64,000 nucleotides of DNA. Source: Caecitellus pseudoparvulus. Lineage: Eukaryota > Protista > Bigyra: Bicosoecida. A program made the translations under genes and the position numbers. Shown piece by piece: positions 62,701 to 64,000 of this stretch. The notes beneath the pieces were generated by a model. That model saw nothing but the letters and a program-made list of their open reading frames with translations, was not told where the DNA came from and made no database searches. Location: NCBI GenBank assembly GCA_965644315.1, contig CBFFRQ010000034.1, positions 62,001 to 126,000 of the forward strand, in the 5' to 3' direction. Position 1 is the first letter of the stretch, and each line of letters opens with the position of its first letter.

Positions 62701-64000
62701 GCTGTGGTAAGTATGTCCTTCGCCTTGGTGGCCACCTCCACGAGCAGCTCGCCAGCTTCGAAGACAGTACCCGACACGGATTCCGGCATGCCCTGCGCCA
62801 TGCCGAGGGCGGCTGTGCCGACCTCCTTCACAAGGTCCACCACGGGGAAGGCCTTGTCAAGGAGTGTGTCGGTGACATTGGACACCTTCTGCACGAAGCG
62901 CAGGGCCTTGTCCACCGTCGAGCTGTTGGACGCGAAGGATTCCACCTTGTCCAGAATGACGCCAGTGAAGTTGCTCAGCTTTTCGATGCCGAGGTCCACA
63001 ACACCCTGCACCTCGTCGGCGATGCGGTTCGCAAGACTGACCAGGACAGTGCGCAGGTCCTCCACATACTCGTCAGCCAGGGACCGCATGTTTGCGATGA
63101 GCTGGTACATGCGCGGCTCCACCTGTGCGCGAACAAAGTCGGCAATCGCATCGGAGTCGGTCAACACATCGAAGACATCGTTGGCAATGTCCATGTAGCC
63201 TTGCAGCTGAGCCTGCACGTCTCCTACAACAGCGTCGATGTTGGCGGACAGGGATAGGATTTGACTCGTCCACCCGTCCAGCGTGTCGATGGTGGGCCCC
63301 AGCACTGCGTCCAGTCGTTCAGCAATGCCCTGCACCACAGGCTTCACTCCCAGGACTGCGTCCACTGCCTTGAGAAGTGGCGCTGGGGAGGGGAGTTTGG
63401 ACACGACCTTGGACACCAGGTCCTCAGCCATGGCCAGCACACGGTTCTTCAAGTTAATAACGCGGCCACCCACCGCGTCTGCCAGCTGCTTGATCTCGTC
63501 CCGCGCCAGAGTCAGCTGTGCTGCGGACGACGCACCCGCAGCCTTCATCTTCGCCACCTGCAGGGCTTTTGCCGCAGAGGCCTCAAATGCCGCTAGATCC
63601 CCCAGAGCCAGGGACAAGACGTCTGTGGACTGGGCCGGCACGGACAAGAGCGCCGTCTGCGCCGAAGCCAGAAGCGGGCCCAGTCCAGGTGAGGCCGCAA
63701 GTGTGCTTGGCGTGGCAGCTTGAACAACTGCTGCAACACGCTGCAACATGGCAACAGCTTGGAGCGCTTCGTGCCCGTCTGGAGGGACAGTTGCGAAGAG
63801 GGAGGCTTCCTCGGTGTCGTCCAGTGCCGCCTCTGCTGCGTTGAGGTCGACGGAAACGCTGGCCCACTGCGCTTGGGAGTCCTCAGGCAGGCTGGCCAGG
63901 GCATCTTCACTGTCCACCAGCCCACTGGCAAGCAGGAAGAGGGCATCAGAGAGGGTGCCAGCTTCATCATTCGCCAGAGCAAGGGTGGATGTGGACGCTG
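41715..64000 (-). CDS. Giant (>7400 aa, 5'-truncated) single-pass surface protein: amphipathic helical region, ~30 FN3-like repeats, FG-GAP-like propeller, GPS-like motif, PKD-like repeats, TM
   Basis: Uninterrupted 22.3-kb frame, open to the window end. Repeats SDGxxVDxTPP..GxVxDG..WxGFxDxES span ~58570-45170. LGASVAV...VAVGAPG and LVAGAP lie at ~46200-46700. VCHLTQFG is at 44643-44666. LDGSSSVDPDG-type repeats span 44440-42400. TM LSLVVLVLFVAVLGMVVVVW is at ~42234-42296. Confidence 0.9.
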   Translation of the reverse strand, partial: ASTSTLALANDEAGTLSDALFLLASGLVDSEDALASLPEDSQAQWASVSVDLNAAEAALDDTEEASLFATVPPDGHEALQAVAMLQRVAAVVQAATPSTLAASPGLGPLLASAQTALLSVPAQSTDVLSLALGDLAAFEASAAKALQVAKMKAAGASSAAQLTLARDEIKQLADAVGGRVINLKNRVLAMAEDLVSKVVSKLPSPAPLLKAVDAVLGVKPVVQGIAERLDAVLGPTIDTLDGWTSQILSLSANIDAVVGDVQAQLQGYMDIANDVFDVLTDSDAIADFVRAQVEPRMYQLIANMRSLADEYVEDLRTVLVSLANRIADEVQGVVDLGIEKLSNFTGVILDKVESFASNSSTVDKALRFVQKVSNVTDTLLDKAFPVVDLVKEVGTAALGMAQGMPESVSGTVFEAGELLVEVATKAKDILTTARKVQQVASKMVDASAVVDMIRGLVQGLIDRLEGLISSWVEVLRSYAVSFANFVPDTISRLLDKGQAFLEETSSKLLSYILDKLAGVFEFVARVARSVRELLDYGQDAIDFLDARKAVVKVFSDVAAALQAVKAVPVAISSSVNSAVTLFDAAENARNMLADTEKHAEVIAQLKERLPALVNTFDLQACMTGSVCIKAVLKATMDTLIGEAGVYADGVKGVQDFIKLMKNEGKALSQAIFGAKDALLQAGATVVRSVKMLFDPLAGTRRLEGVVQQHGRHLSLPLAPRSLSVRSVLARVSGFALKFANLVVSGTEFVRDLVYKVSDFLSPISKGVRTVITALQTFNPGAWVAARIKQVTDFVLSPVRLALEYFKKFRSGVITKLNDVVDFARGFSKKLALLARDKFIRIPELALEVLQGATSVVDRVRPVRDKVESYADIIQRYVAKARRLLGNGTPEGEVDPEALEPPCEEFVPCIHTVKRRAETYSGLMAVKMTHFWYQNFPPAFGSCQIFGYPCRDDKWRYTVPGLFEDWMPQGVEAIDYRRFIMSYYGVGANEGAASILVVMNDDEEILKVVSLLTSEEEPYTGSVADIAIDPDHDILWTCSDKPDWSAADVERKFLPSTARENHIVPFDYSELMDLVSDDSTLFAELVAKREQIEVDVKANSLFYDRESFDAEGILWVGEYYEPGDAKQPKFAPKPPAKPRQRSSTRMRLSGRTPPPAEGDTEDAKDPPARTADEESQENYFTYTMDVAAHHTVSHEYDSSACAHGPYGPFSHGSTARRPSNDEYGEDNYWRKCNKGWVVGYTVGLNGMPRGLDFSLTTTVEETEVLAPNLVVSAGARIKGLIVYDQLGFKNLGVNRCTYTRDGSTCALDFHTLADGTTLLPFQDGIVLGKVLSLDTSKQLTAKHYKLVQPPEPDKLKKRRQSKTKGSTAQRTPNAKPSKTAPTKGQSSKQSLGTSTLKMRGPAGMESISMYDGTDVTFLLVLTSSGSSHVYDQVQRIGALRDDSVYKLGLPVVRNVNPQFTENILYFKVRQHKPPFMLFSHIGPRCLLPVGGDYCKEVSQRPKYSFNRRLAEEGRAHAVSPYRRSLQAGEAPHVEHLALPAELVHAGRTEGSLPAVTIVTEDGRELRVRMAHVMEPGLLGAADALNKPSVHLTESRELQVGQPGGVTSLTPEAPKVGALDPKFDAGIQETSVLMEGSFLFFHLKHPIPVPIVPLFLIVDAGVEVKVDLVISLLLQEKLLAASLVPIVTPFFSAAIQIDVGLGYAGVRAVVRLFSLGIIPTASFGITPGGAVRLCLSMDLAIIYPSITIEAYFAFRLCIKCTCCPIRIKIGFATIKLPKCSLVMCAEKTFEIASYKPYGDAWHTTELFKICNLPPDTTPPEIDAAYASALQVDATTVVTEFGGFYDDENYVRQFSVALGKTPMMQDIAEYFDDEDITTFTFNGVDCPGEDAPAFVSVVAANVEGLASGISVPFVCDASAPQVLDIQVKNAATGQYLNYGDFQVINATDVLSIRFKVVEPAEHAEISQVRFSIGTQEGVDDVLPWADTGSQDLMASKSADWYFAEAGGLDLQHGVYYWVNVESTNSLGLQAVFTSHALFVDHTPALPRIISESGGTLGWGEREDVTFWPSRQRIAVTFQSFVDREGSEVTDYWVNLEEVEPSRMMVPARVGESRHVHLGTSRSWAYTLPLDGMLQHETEYRWSIISANVAGVRDEAFSNGFIVDATRASVLNVRELKVDPDVDYADIVRNPASADPFRTQAPLLPSEYLSQELDFTSSGAILHAAWQSWDETSGVEEILVGVGITPGGADILPWQTLPKRNQQEVVLRNVNLQAQMPAFVTVRVRNGARAEEWMVGDGLMVDTTPPLTDRPYRFLDCNFTTTLCNPRVDVAAQASTAGIHSRWAAGFFDADSFVAHFEVFLGRAPFSAAVEQCADVAGYERGDISPEILDGDKVRRATVARLVDSGECAASLDGPSFHDLAGPVRLPRTTTEWSWSNLTQPLQHGHSYFTTIKATNLAGLVSWMSTSGVVIDTTPPASTSVADGNSRAGGIPNVDPAAASLQLTFQDEPNVLHGTWQAAADAESDIVQYRIWGEDAATSERVTPVYALPNSQASTTYEASLPTFQSLLQGGKYRFAVQSINAAQLSQTSRSPGFAIDTTPPDIKGLALFTNSSFGRRTVVDRSDVVVLTWTAEELESANLLCRASIGTYYRGTDIVDNAVLFPGQLPAPVGANQYADGSVSLPPRVHHPGFGSIFADTLSAALQLRTRLPTAAQARSSTHWITVSGASLPESGTLHAHIRCDNEASGVRIVDVPSTILIDTRPPLPGIVTDGMPGAADAVAQSMTEVLVISWANFLDLESSIVDYRVCAATAADGPCDVVPDHSVGLLEWTVLDLQDDPLTPQQTYFTRVTAVDEAGQATSVWSNGIFIDDTGPVDGAAWARLGLAGAAPASGTFISSTSTFTLHWAGFADNQTGIVRYDVGLGSTPEAADIVFFTRGTLSTQAAMVGLDLAHGQTVYGLVRAVNGIGMSHAVSTVPVSVDTTPPSCFAWDGPVKGVDEDFTSSFLPWLQWSATDPESGVARVQYGIGRLQGADDFLPLQDAPASAREAAHFMEQGVLLPSGEKLYTVVVVTNGAGSVGVCTSDGVIVDSTPPLSLFEPRDGVGAEDVQFTSNATHLSATASFVDGETNIAGVDARVVETLAGGAVSPVTAWTAVEGDPAAGITLPMPPASQGAQLKVEFKATNKAGLSTEIATSGVTVDVTPPTCQTPTDGPVPGQDVDMWAQQGLLGVCWSCSEDASTITAVELGFSRLNGSHWTQPASWLSISPSAECGAVEVLTTGNYRIAVRATNRQGLTSVHWSDGVLVDFTPPVLGPVVDGVSLRGDAAVQRSVRKFAATMQAPIDSESGIQSVECFFGTAPGAADASPVIPLALSAGQDQLTCSFTASADLPEGTYYATFKVRNTAGLLSQRSSNGVAVETSPPVVSPDSARLLRPRITFPTGFSSQSGWPGVVTDAVLSVAATPFADAQSGVAAARVQFVWDAESVPPGTDVVIATVDAAVDAQGALRAESPAVTVFDGARVRAVVTATNGVGLPTSPVSSRPRKVSTTVTVPGTVSDGPAGQEVDTAALHDTLVHLTWGAAQDGRFQTGDFTYEWCLTRAVALLPSGEPNCTVTNLKSVDDALFAVHQVGPGFPLGVQVFAAVVTSNPLGERVVALSDGATYDSTAPVLTNTAVLDSSNPDLANSFVVDASAAVLQLSVAEDETPPTFCSLHTGTAANQTQLGSEQLVLHKSSTLSIPLGLGAAQGLASVSTLVSCENGAGLRSEERVAFTIDSTPPISGRVFFGESVLAAGTTDATFNPVLATASNHLAVAWEGFADQESDVHAIFLHIGTAPDSDNVMPKTLMSSAAQHDLAFGVGADGDALFATLTVVNGVGLNTTATSDPLRIDRSPPDVSSAQVYSSSSAGVNAGVQADSSALAVSWELATILEPHSSLADVSVQWVDETSAPVGSITVLASAGSASVSGLSLSDGTYCAELTVSNSLQATSGAVQAPCVQVDTTPPDVSQLTVQLSDAGSHLDISTAGSATDASAGNISLHAVVCQTVPIKRGAAVRAGRVALEFTSNQDGGLTLQRSCMQDWGLLSSSSLALPRTVLQSGVSYTAYVRATDAVGHSSTIASTPLHVDTTPPEPGTVSDGLPGHLTGSSSGVSTDISVQGSWRSIAAHWTPWQDAESPVVEYVACVGSAPGLDDIVPCTSTGLRTVVQLAVAEGVASALEADDAARAASGSRSLSAFYVTVTGENSAGLSSTAYSDGCFVDSLAPTAGVVVDLPGHVAVGDALTLTPAQLQDVDWTTQGDRIAAAWSGFDDLAGAMAEYAWCIGTAQGVCDVLPMTSVGLATSAAAAGLGIADGQVVFVSVTGTDGAGLQATATSDGIRVDAQAPAVSDISTSTSSETSASIHTALGVRTAAVSSAETLSIAFSTDDGPGVGVVGHEVAVCSDVDFSAEAEDCPLPWLDVGMETAISVQLLEFEAGSAYSARVRARDGLGHVSAVHASPSFVVDNTPPSGGTVAVVPHALRFACDHMVSASAGNWSELLVDPASCTLHANASLETPGAGEYLRSMGVERATLTTWAPLTVLWDGFSDDESSVAGYDVCVGSVPGACDVYPRVNLGPSVNSHTFSHAQLNVSALPRGLSTAAFAFVTVRGENGAGLQTPSTASEVLVRPAGPVPAAAVVQDGVAFEDAQYYTSATTLSARWGGFTAADTAAKHVDGDADLDIAYTVQWGTAPGLGDVQAPVAAGAVESLTVTGLDLHPWSGQTLFATVTALSPQGAKSTAWSNGATVALTPPEVAPDVLPFPVPELGSNATQLRLQSPFAQLQPAAVHSQSNRVVCMWPALHSTVGAHPVTYSVAICPGDALQACTVSSNTTWYSAGAARYAQVAGLDLANGMRYACVLRATDGAGLTSTSTGRSWLMDDSAPSLDSPTVRLEPTTDAQTMQGWPSDATNMVSDHWVQTLADGGSVRVASLRGVRVRFAGVSDPHSGVVGVSWCAGSEPGQCDVLEWVHLPFHTARDAIERGSFLATELGDQHDTALRRALTVVHRRRRLVQEGHAEAVPASLRRFLQDNAEPTFVDVYVTLRVENGAGLTADLSSGALRVDLSAPVPGEVAAQSDVPAPLLSPNASDSANFTALQHSLHSSSLHVLGARWTPWADPDADMLGYFWGVVSTAGLDSLAALASFDASCTAASSIMDCAAQPWPELDVLPLTRVQAGEELVAVASGLPLHQGGSYHVVVAGITSSGKLSVAASPHTLVDATPPAEGEVLELPNSNSSSVDVDYIVAATSSVTVRWSPFLDSDSGIEFYEWTLFAESRTDPVVSVQQPGEDSAQWLNRDQVTLWADVGSALEGFVDGLAFDVSKRYRAAVRACNPAKLCTEVLSDGFTIDDGQPCVGNVSMGADPLQDVEYMPFEDSLAATWTAVVDPAFALPNTSDCVGAQREDGTQVQAGNGTDVDWAVPAAPISHFEWQLRVFLPVEDLPVTLLNTSVATNETVFDTSPVGNATELANTVRDGNATEGPVPNATLFSLANSTESTSQVVTPWEVTGPAYASAWSACCSSYNELLSLHLPFDWAWKPTTQTESLGSGLVGLSHGVLAASARGAIVLLQGADAARVPLSEQSVPSLAALTGQAGDLGLVAVQAGQVTLFELQQGRLAAEVVCTVAAADAANATGAAFTAFSPQPSHLSVAGSTASVMAVGPNGTVAIVTLSLDGECGALGAQQVEHAGVLVRGDSQVLHVLELGQVEGTAPGVSVPDVSVSALTPADLASNVTATASSAGLVVLGAASAGSGNGAVRMVEASSGVEVCSFAGPAAGQLGASVAVRQDPSGELLVAVGAPGVSAAVLFKVDLQRAGTPQAPAPAIGSADATHAMPWCRVVAVLRPHAIKTATLEGVPSGPASDVGHAVAFMDSDSGPLLVAGAPHASTWAESATSTGAVYAATWCTPGTSKAHDRSGALPFKCKACPAAATASHGGADPTCMDCTDRVCTDAGTTVFSGQWGDLPLELGADYQVDIKAISLTGASTMSVSHIFRVDWTPPAAGQVADGLSLDSTEDSESCGDLCDDEIAFTMDNSSAVVSWVGFQDDESSIADYLVSVLVNGVERVPWRSVGTRRNTTISGLDLQQGDHIVSCVLAVNGAGLPSNSSCSDGFFVDRTAPVMLWVKDGLSGPDLDQQTLTDAFTNNWEAGSDVEGEVADFEWAIATHDVADTAFALEATLLEGQWLHPNASMLPVPDLLQWELIGPQTFGSVVRRPLLQNVSAGTPVFTWIRAHNQVGLVSGVASSDGLIVGKSDAKAQPDEETVMGFDTAPSTDYEGQEEAAVPSTTMGAVQLPPGAAGEGQRFTAGSTKGDDDPSLVDGDATPPPADNFKFGEYSFSLRALDDDGEPVEGYRFAKPILVSMFYKVGEDLEAQQASVPKLFFWSAATEQWMNAVDTCTGEDRYEEVFPALNQYSVHVCHLTQFGVFQQLRPQAAVTVTAASNATVVSAMDPAGAGAVVVDAALAAGHTAFTTNAKDFNSSFLVYTWNEGQAGTITLDGSSSVDPDGTITQRSWTVQGIGLDGDLTLGDAVPLQVVGDGQTAVVGPVITPGVYYVTHRVVDDFDAWSTRSVILRVNAKPTAGASIAQPVVQWPSETSSEVTAGSSSDPERQGLTFVWQVLRSPPPISGVVCRALLLQPESVRTVVRATCAGEYTLGVTATDEHGASHSTSLEWFVNDQPLARLQSAPLVRGQQSVNVSAARSSDSHAIAGYEWSAAYKIPISIHPALVASVRALGIADLEWGVADDTFAMVPVLGSGVWQEHAGVPAVQAVADSLLRGGFTARLGPAVGHTVTVVGLNATSSVVVRVSVRDVLGGVGVAERLLTFNLPPQARVEADALDVLLWSGAQAVLRGSSSFDPDGTLLSSAWRVVSAPPSQLTLPEVTSALLQMPTALNTPLQSNASLPVGTYVVQLTVTDDSGEVAATTASIRVLANVPAVSGWQTLPWDLQRGWRGSTQMDLPALGAVLSASVRLVSAAVSCEITEAVAAAWPHAPDACLSVDVTPPMPQPRVAAGTGTVSFPPLQLNSVPGPGVYTLKATLVALVSPRALLLGVVGTASQSSTRVLLSTRLRITVDAPPKVNVTGLGDGAGSLVLGPLGYSAQLPLGGTLALSGRDSRDFEDAQPRPELVWSAPPDASAAVGLPGSRHGVLAVSGARLGRSVFVLTATDAHGHASNVSVQVEVVPPTSEATDGAGQVRDEEAAQGGQYAGLSLVVLVLFVAVLGMVVVVWRSGRARSQQYAAGGQPDPSQAHGESGSALLLVSSGGSDEAADPPAVSVPVGDEPGRARPPADSPVADVSAPIAQVASSPEADGTGKVAEAVEASGTPALPADSPDSSPPTADSAIAPATAAGAASASKASLPEPAARDGASSDSDSSCWETHSGDELGEDSGLLTPPARKSA

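Overview
GC-rich (about 65-70% by eye), gene-dense eukaryotic DNA with short GT-AG spliceosomal introns. It is probably from a flagellated protist (possibly a stramenopile; this is inference only). I can support 12 protein-coding genes in strictly alternating orientation (+,-,+,-,...). In order: the 3' end of an unknown gene; an unknown helical protein; a ~3000-aa CPLANE1/JBTS17-like ciliogenesis protein broken by an apparent 1-nt frameshift in a C-run; the SNARE SEC20/BNIP1 (4 introns); a 2209-aa cNMP-binding protein; an ARH1-type ADP-ribosylhydrolase (2 introns); a 3243-aa secreted mosaic adhesin (bacterial-type N-domain, cadherin, LRR, Cys-rich, RCC1-like; 3 introns); an unknown protein with one ankyrin-like repeat; a CUE-like + DCD protein (3 introns); a METTL2/6-type tRNA m3C methyltransferase; EFG1 with an RGG tail (2 introns); and a 5'-truncated >7400-aa single-pass protein with about 30 FN3-like repeats, a GPS-like HL|T motif and PKD-like repeats. 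I saw no tRNA, rRNA, CRISPR array or transposon. The most unusual signal is at DNA level. A small set of words (GTCGCA, GAGTCA, GGAACAC, GAAACGC, AATT(T)CCGC) and long G/C runs is strongly over-represented on both strands and in different reading frames, mainly over 1-22 kb. These words often form tandem or inverted pairs and are near background in the two giant surface-protein genes. All counts are by eye, and all family assignments rest on remembered motifs rather than searches.
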